Below, one piece after another: positions 47,351 through 63,128 of a DNA stretch of 64,000 nucleotides. The stretch is from the human T2T-CHM13v2.0 reference genome, Homo sapiens: the NCBI RefSeq assembly GCF_009914755.1, contig NC_060927.1; one strand, 5' to 3'. A model generated the notes under the pieces. That model was given only the letters and a program-made list of their open reading frames with translations, was not told the origin of the DNA and did no database searches. The stretch's first letter is position 1, and every line of letters begins with the position of its first letter. The translations under genes and the position numbers were made by a program.

Positions 47351-49092
47351 TTTGAGCTGATATTCCCTTACAGGTACCAGCAACTACCTTTCCCTGCAGA
47401 GCATCATGGGCTGAGCCCTGGCCCACTGGTTTTAACTGTGTTTTGTTTGGTGTCTTGGGGTGTTTTTTGTTTTGTTTGCTGTCTGGAGTCTTTTGTTTTC
47501 TGCAGTCATGGGAAACAGTTCAAAACAGCCCTCTATCTGTGGGATTTTCTCATATATTCTGTGCTGTAGTTACTGTTTCCTGGAATCCATGTTTTCTTGT
47601 AGTTTTTCCAGGATACTGGAGGAGACAGCCGGTAGCCTGTGCATATGTGCCATCTTGACAAGAAGCGTATTCTTCTTAGTTGTAGCTGCTTCTCTGAATA
47701 ATTGAAAGAAGAGATATAGACAATCACAGAAGATGCAACTGACTTGTAATACTGTTGAGGCTGCAGGAGAAAAGGGCATTAAAAATATTCATAAACCAGT
47801 GAGGTTGTTTAGATGGGAGGAAAGAGGTGAGCCTAATTAGCGCCCATGTTCCCTTCCAAGCCTGTTCTGCAGTTGTCACTAATACACAGTAGACATCACT
47901 TTTTGCTGTTAGTGTGTTCCCGAACAAACTCTTTTTTAATCCAACTATTGTAAAGGCTGTAAATGGCTTTGCTGGTTCAGTAACCCCATGCTAAATTCTT
48001 TTTTTCCTTGTTTTCAATCCTGCTCCTTCTGTATGTAAATTATTTTTTAAAGAAAAAAAAATACCTTGAGAAATAGGATAGCACAATGGTTAAGGAGCAT
48101 GGACTTTGCAGCTAGACTGCCTAGTTTAGAATCCTGGCTCTGCCATGTATTAGTCATGTGGCCTTGGTCATGTTACTTAACCTTTCTATACTTCTGTTAC
48201 CTCACCTGTAAAATGGGGATAATAACAGTACCTGTCTCATAGAGTTGTGAGGGTTAAATGAATATGTAAAAGTGTTTGGCACATGGCTTGGCATGTAGTA
48301 AGTGCTATAAAATGTTTGCTCTGATTACTGTTATTGTTGCTATAATTTACTCTGTTGACCTGGGCCTTTCATATGTTGGTAGGCTTTAAAGGATTTTTCT
48401 CCAAGCATTCGTCATTCTGCTGCGTGAGCACATACCTTGTGATTAGATGTTTGACTATTTAAACAGGCAAAACTAGGAATACATTTCTGCATATATATCA
48501 ATTTTACATTCTTAGAGGGATCAGAATGTTTGATTGCAGTCAACTACAAAGAGATGGTCATTGTTTCTCTTCCTACATGTTAAAGTATCTGAATGGAGAT
48601 AGCTCCAGAAAATAGTCCTGGATTGCATTTCCTGAAATAAGGAGACATTTTCAGTAGGTTAACCAGAGGATTGGATAGTAGCCACATACCAGGTTTTGAA
48701 GGTAGTGATTGTTCCTCAGGGGTTATGCTTTACACAGCTCGGATTTCCTAAAAGATAATCATTACATGAAGTACTTTAACTCAGTAGCATTTAGTTGTGG
48801 CTTAGAAATGCTGATATCATACACTTTATTTTTCGGTTCTCTTGTTTCTTACTCCCGTCTCTACTTCTCCAGCTTTAGAATTTGAGTCATTTAAGTATGT
48901 GTTTGCTTCATTCCTGTTTGGGGGCTGATTTGTACTCTTCAAAGAGTTTTGTCAGCTTTAGATCTCTGAGGGATAGATTGCCAGAGAAGGGGAAGTTTCA
49001 GTCCAGGCATATGTGCAGAGCCTTGATCAATTGAGGAAAGGAAAGGCTGTTTTACACAAGAGAGAAGCTGATGTTGTTTATGCACTTCCTAG

Positions 49093-49236
<144 letters not shown>

Positions 49237-49585
49237 TAAGTGAAAGCACCTTCTTTGTTCTACCAAGAAACACTTGTTAATTTCGTTCATCTAGTCAAAC
49301 ACTAATGGTCCATACTAGATCTTTCTCTGTCCCCTCCCCACTGCCATGTTCTGCAAAAGGATAGAGCAAAACAATGTACATTTTTTTCTGAAGTATTTGT
49401 AAATATCTCCTTTTATGTTTCTGAACTAACAAGCAGTGCCCTTTATTTCTGATACATTTTCAACAAGTATTAATGCTTCATTTTCTTCCTTCTTGTACTA
49501 TTAGAGCAGCCTTATATGTTTATAAATGTATAGTAGCTTCACCCTGGATTTTAGCATATAGAAGATGTAAATGATTATCAGATAG

Positions 49586-49900
<315 letters not shown>

Positions 49901-50437
49901 TAGTAAACGCATATATAATTTCCAACACTCTTCGGCCAATTTTAGGATATACAAAGCCTTTTGTTTACCTGAAGCAGTAGCATTACCGTTTATCCTTTGA
50001 ATGTCATGGCCAAAAGTTATTATGAGGTAGCCTAAGTTTCATCAAAATTTAGGGTGTTCAGACCTTAATGAGTTTTAATTCAGCAATGAAAGAAGATATG
50101 TAACTCTAGTTGGCATTAATAAGATGCTCTCAGGACCTCACCTTTAGACTTAAGTTTAAAACTCTAAAAATAAAAAAAGCTTTAAGACTTAGGTTCAGGA
50201 GACCAGTGTATCATTCTTTGTTTAGGAAATGGGTCAAGTTATGTACTGCTGTATCTGAGGCAAAGGTGATGATTTCTAATAATCTGAAACTTGATACAAC
50301 CAGGCAGAGACACTGCCGTCACAGATTTGACAGGTCAATGCCCAAAGTAGTGGATTAAAAAAATGTATCAGTTGCCAAATAGATTTGTGGTATTCAACTT
50401 GTATGATTTACAATATGCTGTAATCTGCTCTGACTAG

Positions 50438-50495
50438 GTGAGCCTCACGTGGATGGGGAGCCTGGAGATTTACGGTTCCGAATCAAAGTTGTCAA
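50438..50495 (+). CDS. DNAJB11: DNAJB11 exon 7 (EPHVDGEPGDLRFRIKVV)
   Basis: actag| and AA|gtaagt; 58 nt; PGDL DnaJ C-terminal motif. Confidence 0.94.
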
Positions 50496-51563
50496 GTAAG
50501 TAATCTAATTTTAGAGGTCTTCTCAGATGAGTCAAATTATAGAGACGTAGGTGGCCACCAGAGCAGTTAGACTTTTTTCTCTGTTTCTTACCCTTATTAC
50601 CCTAAACGATGATTTGTAACTCCTCTACAAGGCTGAAAACTTGGGGTTGGGCCCTAGGATTGAGCCCCAGTTATTTATTTACTTAGGACTTAAAAATGCA
50701 AAAGATGTTGAAAGGAAATAATTGATAAGTAAGGAGTTATAAAAGAGAAACAAACAAGATAGGGAGTCAAAGCTGAGATTTTAGCTGAAGAAGTATGGCA
50801 CCATACAAGAATAGGAGACTTTTCCATAGACAGAACCTTCTACATAATATGCAGCTTCTGTAAAGAGAGCTTTTCTTTTGTGAGCTTCTCTTCAGCATGA
50901 AGTGCTGCTTAGACAGTTTTGCCTGGGACTCCAGCTTTCTTGATTACTGTTGCTCTCTTGTTACCACTTTGGAAACCAGTAATATCTCTGCCTTTGTAAG
51001 GAGTCATCAAAACAGGGTTCCCACCAGAATATGGAGAAATGGCCCCCCACTGTCTGGGACTTTGCCTTCCTGCACTCTTTAATCTCAGTGTTGTTTTCCC
51101 CAGCTTCTTTACCTACCTTGTCTTTATCATCACTTCTTAGAGAAACTGGAACATGTGTTGTTTCCTGAATAAACCTGACACCTTCCTTGTCTTTGCCAGA
51201 ATTCCTTCTCACTCTATTTCCCCTTCCCTCCACCCATTTTATCTGCATTTCTACAGCCAACTTAGTCTTGTGAGCCCAGCTCAGGAAAACTTCTGTAGAC
51301 CTATTTCTGAAGATGATCTCCCCAGAAGCTGCCTTTCTCTCTTTTCCATAATCTAATGATTATAGTTTTACTTATACTCTGGCTTTTGCTGATTGTGTGT
51401 TCCTTAACAGTAGCATTTAATAAGACTTAAACAACTTTATATTCTCGATTAATACTACACACAAAAGTATGTCTAAGAAATGTTTATTGTTTGAAAGAGT
51501 GGTGTTCACCTTTTTCCAAGAATTTTCTAACAACTGTTTGAACTTAAAGTTGGAAATTAATGA

Positions 51564-51749
<186 letters not shown>

Positions 51750-52151
51750 TAGTTTTGAGATGTATCAGCTGTTTCAGTCATTGAGAACCAGATGGACTCC
51801 TTTCTTGGTCGTATTCTGCCGTCTGTACTTACTCTGCTGCTGAGCATACTGCAATAACAGTGCCAGACCTTTCAGCTACTCAGAATGGATTGCACGGCCT
51901 TTGACAATCTTGTCCTTATAGTTTCTATTGACGAAAACCTTTCTTTGTTTACTTGTTTTTGTGTTTGATTTTTCTTCTTTAAAATCCTTTGTTCTTGACT
52001 CACATTGTCTTAATGGTATTTCCTTTGCTCCTTCATTCTTTCTTTTTGCTGAGCTGTGACATTAGCTTTGTGTACCAGTGCTCACTAGAAGCTGTGTGAT
52101 GTACTTCAGATGTACCGCTCCTGCTGCAGTACATTCCCTTTGGTTTTCTAG

Positions 52152-52324
<173 letters not shown>

Positions 52325-52359
<35 letters not shown>

Positions 52360-52382
52360 TGTGTGTGTATGTGTGTGTGTGT
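52325..52382. repeat. Interrupted (GT)n microsatellite
   Basis: Direct reading. Confidence 0.95.
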
Positions 52383-53049
52383 GAGATGAGAAAAGGATGG
52401 CAATAGAAGAACTCTCCAGTGACATGAGACATCAATCATTAATGCTAGTAGAACACTAAGGAATGAACTCATCTTTCTCTGTAAAGGCGATATATTAAAA
52501 ATCCTGCATCTTTGTGTTACAAAAGTCTATGTAAGCTGTGCTTCAAAACCTAGGGAGTGATAGAGTATATGGGAGTGAAACAGAATCACTTAAAACAAAT
52601 GAACTGGACCACACTGTAAAAGGGAAGATGAGGTAGACTGTAGAAAGATTAGAAGCTTATGGGTGCATGTCTAGGATGACTGGTTGAGAAGAGGGCCCCA
52701 CTGGGGGTCCTAAATAGTAAGAGAAAGGAGAGCAATGAAGGAGGTAAAAACTGAAAAGAGGATACAGAAGAAGGAATGGAAGACTGAGCTGAAGAGTTTT
52801 CTTTCCCTTTTGATTGCCTCTTCTCATTCCTCATTTCATAGAGCTTTGTGGGACATGTATGTGGTATGTGGGCCTAAAAGACAAGGGATCATCCTGGACA
52901 CACATGTGCATGTGTGGGGTTACCTACATGCAATTACGTTGGAGATTGGTAGTTATTTAATTCACATCCATGTTTGTCATAAGGCCTTTTATGAGCTTTT
53001 TCTTGAAATATGCTCTTTAAACGCTAGGAAAGTAACATTTTTTTGTTAA

Positions 53050-53142
<93 letters not shown>

Positions 53143-53147
53143 GAGTG

Positions 53148-53408
53148 AATAAAATTGGACTTTGTTTAAAATAAGTGAATAAGCGATATTTATTATCTGC
53201 AAGGTTTTTTTGTGTGTGTTTTTGTTTTTATTTTCAATATGCAAGTTAGGCTTAATTTTTTTATCTAATGATCATCATGAAATGAATAAGAGGGCTTAAG
53301 AATTTGTCCATTTGCATTCGGAAAAGAATGACCAGCAAAAGGTTTACTAATACCTCTCCCTTTGGGGATTTAATGTCTGGTGCTGCCGCCTGAGTTTCAA
53401 GAATTAAA
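53148..53408 (+). terminator. DNAJB11: DNAJB11 candidate poly(A) signals AATAAA (53148-53153) and ATTAAA (53403-53408)
   Basis: Hexamers in the 3'UTR; GU/U-rich tracts at ~53203-53230 and ~53512-53530. Confidence 0.55.
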
Positions 53409-54161
53409 GCTGCAAGAGGACTCCAGGAGCAAAAGAAACACAATATAGAGGGTTGGAGTTGTTAGCAATTTCATTCAAAATGCCAACTGGAGAAGTCTGT
53501 TTTTAAATACATTTTGTTGTTATTTTTTTCATGACTCCTGTTTCTTCTGTGAGCTATTTGGGTTGTCCTCCCATCAAGCAAGATGGATGCACACGCATGC
53601 AAAAGAGTGATATAGATCCAGTCCCCATGCCCAATTACACATACGGCATCTGCTAGAAAGGAGCTTGGAAGAAACTGAATGGTTGATTGGGGTCCATGAA
53701 TGAAGGTTACACAAAGATCTAATTGTCCTTGAAGTATATTTTCTCTCATTTAATTTGGGAATAATAATCTGATATGGACACTTTACTGTTTAGAAAGCAC
53801 CTTTCATGTATATAATTTCAGTTGACCTCATGGTTAGAAAGCCTTTGGTTTGTTTAGGAACAAGGACTACCACTGGTTCTAGAAAAGGAATTTAGAGTTG
53901 CAAATTATGTTTGCTCATCTCATGGCACCCAATTCAGATGCTATGTGACGAGTACATTTGACTTTTGAATCTCCCTCATTTTCACATATATAGTCACATC
54001 ACACTCTACTTTTCATGTACTTTGGACTTTTTGTCTCTGCTAGTGAGTATTTCAATTCTGTTTAACAACTGATGTTGCGTATTGTGTGTGGAGCTGCCTT
54101 CTAGCCATCAGCATAGTTCTAGCAGCATCCCTGCCTTTGGGCTATACATACCTTAGAAATC

Positions 54162-54455
<294 letters not shown>

Positions 54456-55770
54456 TCAAGTGAAACCACACAAATACGTATGTAAGTTTAGTGGACTTTT
54501 TGTACCTGTAAGATTCATTATGTACTGAATTGCCTCTAGTTGAGCATTTCTCAGGAGTGATCATCATTTCCTTTATATATCAGCCCCGGAGAAGTCTTGA
54601 TCATTATTTGCACTTACTAATCCCCATTTTTCCAAGATGTATGCAAGGGTCAGTCATGATACTAAGAGCTAGAGCTGCTAGTCTTGGTGAGAAAGACCCC
54701 ATAGGGATAATGTGTTTCCTACAAAGAAGAATGTTAATGGGGCTTTGTCACTCCTGGGCTTTGTCACTCCTTTTTATCCATTGTCTAGATTGTCGTGATT
54801 TAATAAGTTAAAGAATATTCTTTCATTATTGGACTCTGAGCTTCAGGTAGCTTTAAGTGCTTTATCTGAGGCACATTGTAATTTGGAAAGATTTATATTA
54901 AAATTCCATAGATTTTCTTAAGAAGGGAAGATAAACACCATAGAGGAAGGATGCTAGGTAATTAATGTGGAAGAACAGATAATAGTGTCTTCAGTTCTGC
55001 AAGGAAAAAAGCCATTCCAGGGAGCTATGCAATGAGGCTGAAAGGATGCTTGGCCTGGAATCAGATTTAATTTCTATGACTGAGGAAGCTTGTTAGCCTC
55101 AGTTTTCTCATCTGCAAAATGGAGATAATGAAGGGGGATATTTTTGTGCTTGGTCTTTTATGCATCTTAAACATCTTTTTGGGCTACTCAGAGATTTATT
55201 CACTTACATATACTCCTGCCCCTTAGCTGCATTCACTATTGGTTAGGTGCTGGATTGCCAAATCCTAGATGGATGTTAGTGCTCAGAAATCACTGAAAAG
55301 GGAACAGGATTTGGAAACTTAAAACCTGTTTGAAAAGGTCCAATGGGTGTTACTAGAAATGGGAATGGAAAGATAATTTTATTCTATTCCTTGAAAAAAA
55401 GCTGCTGTTGGCTCCAGTAGCAACCTTTACCATGAACAAAAGATATCCAAGGGCTCTGAAAGATAAGCAAGAGAAGAAGACACCACTTGGTAAGTGTTCA
55501 CTTTTTAAAATTCTAGTATTTTAGTCACTGAAATTGCTCCAGGACTCACAGTGAAGGGTTGGACACAGGTCACAGGCAGTGGGCACCAGTACAGCTTCCG
55601 TCATGAGTTTAGATGTCAAAGAGCCCCGACCCTTTCTTATTCCATTAACAGAAATGAAATATTTCTGAGTGGTATAACTTTAAGCACAGTTCCTCCAACA
55701 ATGCAGCCAGCCTGAGAATGACATAATTTGGGGGCAGTCTCATCACACTGAGTGTCAGTGAAAACCCTCT

Positions 55771-56095
55771 AGAGCTGCATAGTCCAATCTGGTAGCCACA
55801 TGTGGCAATTGAGCACTTGAAATGTGGCTCATCCAAACAGAGGTGCTATGAAGCATAAAATACACACTGGATTTTGAAGACTTAGTATAAAAAAAAAGTA
55901 AAATGTCTCAATTTTATATTGACTACATGTTTAAATGATAGCATTTTGAATATAACTGGTGAAATAAAATAGATTATTAAAAACAATATATTACTAAAAT
56001 TCACCTGAGTTTTTTTCACTTTTTAGAATTTGGCTAATAGGAAATTTTAATTACGTATGTAGTTCACATTATATTTCTGTGGATTGCACTGCTCT
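55771..56095. mobile_element. MER33-like hAT-Charlie DNA transposon
   Basis: tagccacatgtggcaattgagcacttgaaatgtggct...tacacactggattttgaagacttagta; ~325 bp. Confidence 0.75.
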
Positions 56096-57446
56096 AAGAG
56101 TCTCGCCCAGGCTGTGCCAGGTCACTCAACAGAAGTTGACTAGTACTTTGGGATAAAGGGCCTCATATTTACTCCTATTCAGTTACCTCCCCCTCACTCA
56201 GTTGGCCCAGTGGTCCAGTCTGTTACCATGTTTTGGGATCCTCCAATTCAGGCATTCAGTATGAGCCTCTCCACCTGATGTTATCTGTGCACTGTATTGA
56301 CTGAGACATAAGATTTTCATCTAAACAGTGAATAAAAGCACTAGCCAAAGAATTGAAGTCAACTCTTAGTTAGATTTTGCCACTGAAAGCTTGCTCCAGG
56401 TTGACAATCATCTGAACATCAGGGTAAAGTCGTATCAACCTCCATAAGAATAATTGATTTTGCATCTAGCCATATTTCTTTATCTTGTCCACACAGGTAT
56501 GCTGAGAGATCTTGTTGAAATCCAGTTAGACAACAGCCTGTTAGGAAATGAGGTGTGTCTGTTATGACACTCTTCGTGAGCCCATACTGGGGCCTAGGGA
56601 TCTTCACTTTCACATTTAGGTGATTTTCTCAGTATTCTGGAATTGTCTCCAGTCCAGAAGACAGGATTTCCTTCAAAGAAAGTGTTTCTTATCATCAATC
56701 ACCTCTTCCCTCTTGGACTTCCATTTCCTCTTACTGATGTTCACTTTACCCTTTTATATTGAAAACATCATTTTTTGACAGAATATAGAAACAAAACGGG
56801 AGGTTTTATGTACCATAGTGTTACCATGTGCATGCTCTAGAATCACACTGATCAGATTCAAATTCCAGTTCTACCATTTACTAGTTGTGCCTTAATTTCT
56901 CCCTCTGTAAAATGGTGATAATAACAGTACATGTTTCATAGAGTTGTTGGTTGATTTGACATTTACAACTGGAATGCCTCTCTTGGGATAGGCAGTTCAA
57001 AAAGAACAAGTTAATAATATATGTTGCACAACTGAGGTTTGGGAGGCTTATGATTTTTTAAAATTTTCCTTCCCTCTGCAATGCATGATGTTTGTGTGAA
57101 GGTGGCGCTAAAATAATGCCGTGAGAGCTATCGGCTCTGGAGCCCCAGACCTGTTTTTTTTTTTTTTTTTTTAAGCCATTTTCTAGCTCTTGCCACTAAA
57201 AATCAGGATATTAAGTAAAACAATAATAATTATAATTTTCAATGCAAACTCAAATAATAATGCATTTAACTACCCTCCTCTTTTAGTCTCCCTTAATCTT
57301 AACGTAGACAAGGCAGATGCCATACAGGCTGGATTTTGATTTGGAGCCTGATTCTGCCAAATAATAATAATAATAAATTAAAGGATGGTTTCCGAGAATT
57401 AGTAACAGTTATGGAAGCCACTGCAAGGGGCCAAATTAGGTGATTA

Positions 57447-57803
<357 letters not shown>

Positions 57804-58593
57804 TTAAACCAGAACAGGAAATGTGATAATGTTTTCAGCAAGGTGTTTGATGATTCATCTTGTGATATCCCCTGGAGATAAAATAGAGGCACATAGTTGG
57901 ATTCATAACTCACTAGTTACTGTTGAACATACTGTTGATTAATGGCTCAATGTCAACCTGTAAAGGAGAGAAGAGAGTCTTTGCTGGCACAAAACAAAGC
58001 TATGTTTTCAGTCCTGATCTGTTCAATAGTTTTATTGTCAGTGAGCATTTCAGGAAGAGCACTTAAAACACCAGGTGCCTACTGTGTGTAAGTCACAGAG
58101 TTTTCACAGCTCTTATATGTTTGTCATTGCAATAAGTCCTAGGAAGGGGCAGGACGCATTAAAACTGACCAGATAAGCTTTTGGCTGTTGTACAATGTTT
58201 CAAGTGGGAAAAAGCAACTTAACCTGTAAGAACAGGGTTGGGGTACACCAGCTTCATCAACAGCATTGAGAGGGAAGCATGATTTGACAGTAATGCTATC
58301 ACGGTGTCATTTGAATTGATGTCCCCCAACATAATCACAAAGGGTCTTGCACTTTGTGGGCAGAGTAACTGTAACAAAATAGAGTCAGTAGAACAAAAAG
58401 TATAACCACCAGGGCCATTATAAGAAGCTGTAAGTCTTCGAAATATGAGTTAAATGCCTCTGTGTTTTCTGGTAAAGAAATGTTGACATTGGTGGGAGCA
58501 AAGGTCTTCCTCTAATTCTCAGCAACTGGTAGAGAAGAAAAGCAAGGGCATCACAAGAAGCAAGGGGAGAACGTAATGATAACACAAGGGTGG

Positions 58594-59182
58594 TGTCCTG
58601 GTTACTCTTGTCATTGTCATATAACAAATTATCCTAGCATTTACTGGCTTAACGCAGCAACATTTGTTTTTTTCTCACAAATCTGCAATATGAGCTAGAC
58701 TGATGGAGACAACTCCTTTGCTCTACTTGGTGTCAGCTGGGACAACAGCTTGAAGGCTGGGTCTGGAGTCATTTCTACTCACATGTCTGACAGTTCATTC
58801 TGGGAGGTGGGAGGACTCAAGCAGCTGGGAACTGGAAATGGGGAGACTCCTCACGAATCTTTATCTCTGTGTGGTTTCTGCAGCATGGTGGCTATACATA
58901 GCTGGACTTCTTACATATTGGCTCAGGGCTCCCAAGACACGTTTCCCAAAAGGAAGTGGAAATGGGTAGAAGCTTTAGTTCTTCTTATGACTTAGCCTCA
59001 TAAGTCGTGCAGCATCCTTTCCATCGCATTTTCATTTATGGAGGCAGCCACAAAGGCTCATCCCTCTTCCTGGGGAGGGGAATTAGACTGGACCTTTCAA
59101 GAAAAGAATCTTTAAGGTTCTGAAGGATATGTAGACCTGCAAATATTGTTGTGGCCATTTTTTGGAAAATACAGTTTGCCCC
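58594..59182 (-). mobile_element. MLT1F/G-like MaLR LTR
   Basis: Minus-strand start tggggcaaactgtattttccaaaaaatggccac; tctcacaaatctg motif. Confidence 0.65.
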
Positions 59183-59907
59183 AGGTGATCAAATGAGACA
59201 GCCATACAATTAGCAGCTGAGACTGTGGAACATCAGAACAGCCATGGAGGGGCCACATAGTGCTCACAAAAGGCAAGTGAATTCAGAAAGAATGAGGTGA
59301 CCATTTGCAAGTCCATGAGTACCAACCCCTATCCCTGCCATCAAGGAAGGAAAGCATTCTCGCAGCTGGAGTTTCAGGGATGAGATCTGAGCAAATGTCA
59401 CACCATTCTGGCCCCTAGGATTATCCCTTTCTCTGCTGGGGTGCCTGGGAAATGTGGATTACACATCGGTGATATTAATGAGAACATGAGAGATGCTGAT
59501 CTATGGACACTCGAAACTGAGAGGAATGTCAAATGACAGATCTGGTTTCTCACTATAGCTGCCAACACCTCTCAGATCCCAGTTCCAGAAAAAGAGGACA
59601 ACTATCTGTTTTTTTAAACCTAATAGTATGAGAAAAGTCTCTTCAAGTAAATTGTATCTTCTACTACTCTACAGGACTCAACATAATCATCACTGAATTT
59701 ATTTCTTCTGATTGCCAGGCACTGTGCTAGGTGCTGGGATATATAAGAGAGCTTTTTAACATAAAACGCACACACCTAATTAGCCAGCAAGCAAGACAAA
59801 CAAAGGCTGAATCACTGGCCAGTAAGAAATCTTAAATATGTTAGTTAAACATGGAAAGTTGAGTTCATTTACCACAGAAAGAACACTTACAATTAAATTA
59901 TGACAAT

Positions 59908-60215
59908 GGCCGGGCGCGGTGGCTCATGCCTGTAATCTCAGCACTTTGGGAGGCCAAGGCGGGCGGATCATGAGGTCAGGAGTTTGAGACCAGCCCGACC
60001 AACATGGTGAAACCCCATCTCTACTAAAGATACAAAAATTAGCTGGGCACGGTGGTGCATGCCTGTAATCCCAGCTACTCAGGAGGCTGAGGCAGGGGAA
60101 TCACTTGAACCCGGGAGGCGGAGGTTGCAGTGAGCCGAGATCACGAGATCACGCCACTGCACTCCAGCCTGGGCAAGAGACCGGGACTCTGTCTCAAAAA
60201 CAAACAAACAAAAAA
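59908..60215 (+). mobile_element. AluS with internal 8-bp duplication (gagatcac)2
   Basis: Sense dimer. Confidence 0.9.
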
Positions 60216-60556
60216 ATGACAGTAAAACATGTTTCAACAGTCTATGCAATAAACAGAGAAGGAGGCCACACTCTGCATTGCCTGCATTATCCATCACAGG
60301 ATTTTTGCCCTGGGCCTCACAAGCCCAGTCTGTTGATGAGCAAGTGGTTAAAGCTATGTCCCCTTCATGTGTGGCCATTGCCTTTGTAGGGGGCATTTTG
60401 AAGACATTGAAGAAGAACGTAAAGGATTCCTCGATTTTTGATCCACTTAGATGGTAAAACTGTAGATAATGAAAGAGATTTTAGAACTCAGAACAAGACC
60501 TTTGAGAAATTCTCTGTGAAGCCCATAAGAACAACCTAAAAATAGGCATTTCTACT

Positions 60557-60952
60557 TGCTATGGTTTGAATTTTAGCCCCCTCCAAAACTCATGTTGAAA
60601 ATCCCCGATGTGGCAGTATTGAGAGGGGGAGCTTTTAAGAGGCGATTGGATCATGAGGTGATTGCCTTTGTGAATGGATTAATCTACTCATGGACCAGTG
60701 AATCAATAGGGTTGTTGGCTTTTATGAAGAGAAAGAGAGGCCTGAACTAGCATGCTCAGCCCCCTCACCATGTGATGCCCTGCACCATCTGGGGAGTCTG
60801 CAGTGTCCTCACCAACAGGAAGGCCCTCGCCAGATCTGGCCTCTTGAACTTGCACTTCTCAGCCTCCATAACTGTAAGAAATACATTTTTTTATTTATAA
60901 ATTATTCAGTTCCAGATATTCTGTTACAAGCAACAGAAAACAGACCAAGACA
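60557..60952 (+). mobile_element. MST-type MaLR solo LTR
   Basis: tgctatggtttgaa...ctccaaaactcatgttgaaa ... cagaccaagaca. Confidence 0.8.
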
Positions 60953-60953
60953 C

Positions 60954-61197
60954 TTTTTTTTTTCTCAGCTCATTGCAACCTCTGCCTCCTAAGTTCAAGG
61001 GATTCTCCTGCCTCAGGCTCCTGAGTAGCTGGGATTACAGGCACCCACCACCATGCCCGCCTAATTTTTATATTTTTAGTAGAGACAGGGTTTTGCTATG
61101 TTGGCCAGGCTGGTCTTGAACTCCTGACCTCAGGTGATCTGCCTGCCTTGGCCTCCCAAAGTGCTGGGATTACAGGTGTGAGCCACCTTGCCCAGCC
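60954..61197 (-). mobile_element. AluS lacking ~45 nt next to its tail
   Basis: Poly-T joined directly to ctcagctcattgcaacc; TSD ccaagacact. Confidence 0.85.
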
Positions 61198-62475
61198 CCA
61201 AGACACTATTGATGTGATATTTGAAGGCACTGAACTTGAAACTCTAGGGAAGAACTCAAACCAGCTCATCTGAGCATGTATGTGCATACAGAGAATTTGA
61301 TCAAGGAAGGTAATGCAAAACTGAGCTGTCACAAACTATCACAGTACGTGGTTTCTAAAATTTATTTCTATGGTGGCCTTTGAAGCACAAACCTTAGGAA
61401 TTTTCAAGCCCAGACTTTTATCAGCATGGCTCACTTCTGAGAGGAACTGGCTGAGCTGAGAAGTAGCCATAGGCTACCAGCCCTGAGTGTGGTGTCTCTG
61501 GAATTCTGGTGATATGAATCCCACATGAATATGAATCCCAGAATGATAATAAAATTTTGGACACTGTGGCCAAACCGTGGATAATTCCTGGATCCACTCA
61601 GTGCACAGATATCATGTTGTCTTTTATTTAACTCTTGCTATAGAAACTGAGAGCCCCCTCAATTACATAGACCTAGGTCCAGGAAGGAAACACACTTAAT
61701 TGACACACCGCACAGTTGTCCAGAAAGCAGTATGTGAAACTGCAGTCTTCTCATTGGTTTGCTCAAACATGATTGTGCTTAGCTCCGAGTCTACAGTTCT
61801 AAGTCCAAGTGCTGGCTCTGCGGTGAGACTGGATTTAAATCCCTTCTCTTCCAATTATTAGCTCCATGACCTTGAACAAGTATGACAACCTCTCTGAGCC
61901 TCCTCACCCAACTCATATTGTGAAGATTGAACAATATGATATATTTAAAGTACCTGGTATGTAACAAGCACTCATTAAATATTAGGTATTATTACTGTTA
62001 TATAATAAATGTGACTAAACTTTTTGAACCAATTTGCATCTCTGTTAAGACATATTTTTGAAACACTAACAAATTTCCCCAATGTCAAACAGTGTAAAAC
62101 ATTCATTGACCTGCACAGGTGTGGATTTCTGACCCCGTGACACCCTTTCCTTGGGAAAAAACCAAGAATGTCTCCGCTGAAGAATATCTGCAGAGAATAC
62201 ATGGAAACCAATCCTACATTCTCAGCCTGCTCTAGGCCCAGAAAAACAGAAACTGCTATGAGGGCTATTACTAAACATGGAAAGAGGGAAAGATAAAACA
62301 GCCACAGAGCCTCGGGAGAAATGAGAGCAGACATCTCAGGAGCTGGCCTGAGACACGCCACCTGGCAGAGTGTTTGTATAGCAGGAAGCCTCAGACCTCT
62401 GACCTTCACTGCTAGAGATCTGGCAGTCCAGAGTTACAGCGCTTGGTGTGACCCATTGCCTTTCCCCACCAGCAC

Positions 62476-62588
62476 TAGGGTAACCAGATCATCTCTGTTT
62501 GCCTGGGACTTTTTCTGTTTTAGCACTGAAAGTCCCATGTCCCAGAAACTTCTCAGTCCCAGACAAACCTGGACAGTTGATCCTTCTA
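62476..62588. mobile_element. MER81-like hAT-Blackjack MITE
   Basis: tagggtaacc...ttttagcactgaaagtccc...; ~113 bp. Confidence 0.75.
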
Positions 62589-63128
62589 AGCCCCAGCATG
62601 AAAGGTGCTGCTTGCATGGAAGCCCATGCAGCTCACGTCATTCAGAACTGTTATGAGCAAGTGCAGAGTGATGGCTGAAGGCACAGGAGGGGCTAGAGCT
62701 AGGCTGAGTTCTGAGACTGTCTCATGAAGGAGGAACTCATGAGAGCTGTGCATGGAGACCAGGTCGGGCTGCACCATAGCACAACTGTCACCCGGGTGAA
62801 CACGTGCCAGGGGAGGGCCAGACCAAGGCAGAGCCTTCCCAAGCTGGTTCACAGATTGGCACACACTGAAAACAACATTCTACATTGCACATTTACGCAG
62901 GGGACAGGGAGAAAATAATTTTGTTTGGTACAAGTTGTATATGCACCCTCTTCCTTTATATTAAAGATAAATTATTGCATGTGCTGACTATATGATAAAA
63001 ACATAAGCATAACTATAATTGGCTTTCATTTCCATTTTCTGTTTATTTTAATGAATAATGTTAAACACTTATACATACTAAGAAGATAGGCTACTTACAT
63101 GGTTATGGGCTTAAAGGCCTCTGGGGAA

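Noticed and set aside
61975-62409. 144-aa minus-strand ORF
   Set aside because: Non-ATG start, no recognisable domain, and it ends in MIR-like sequence
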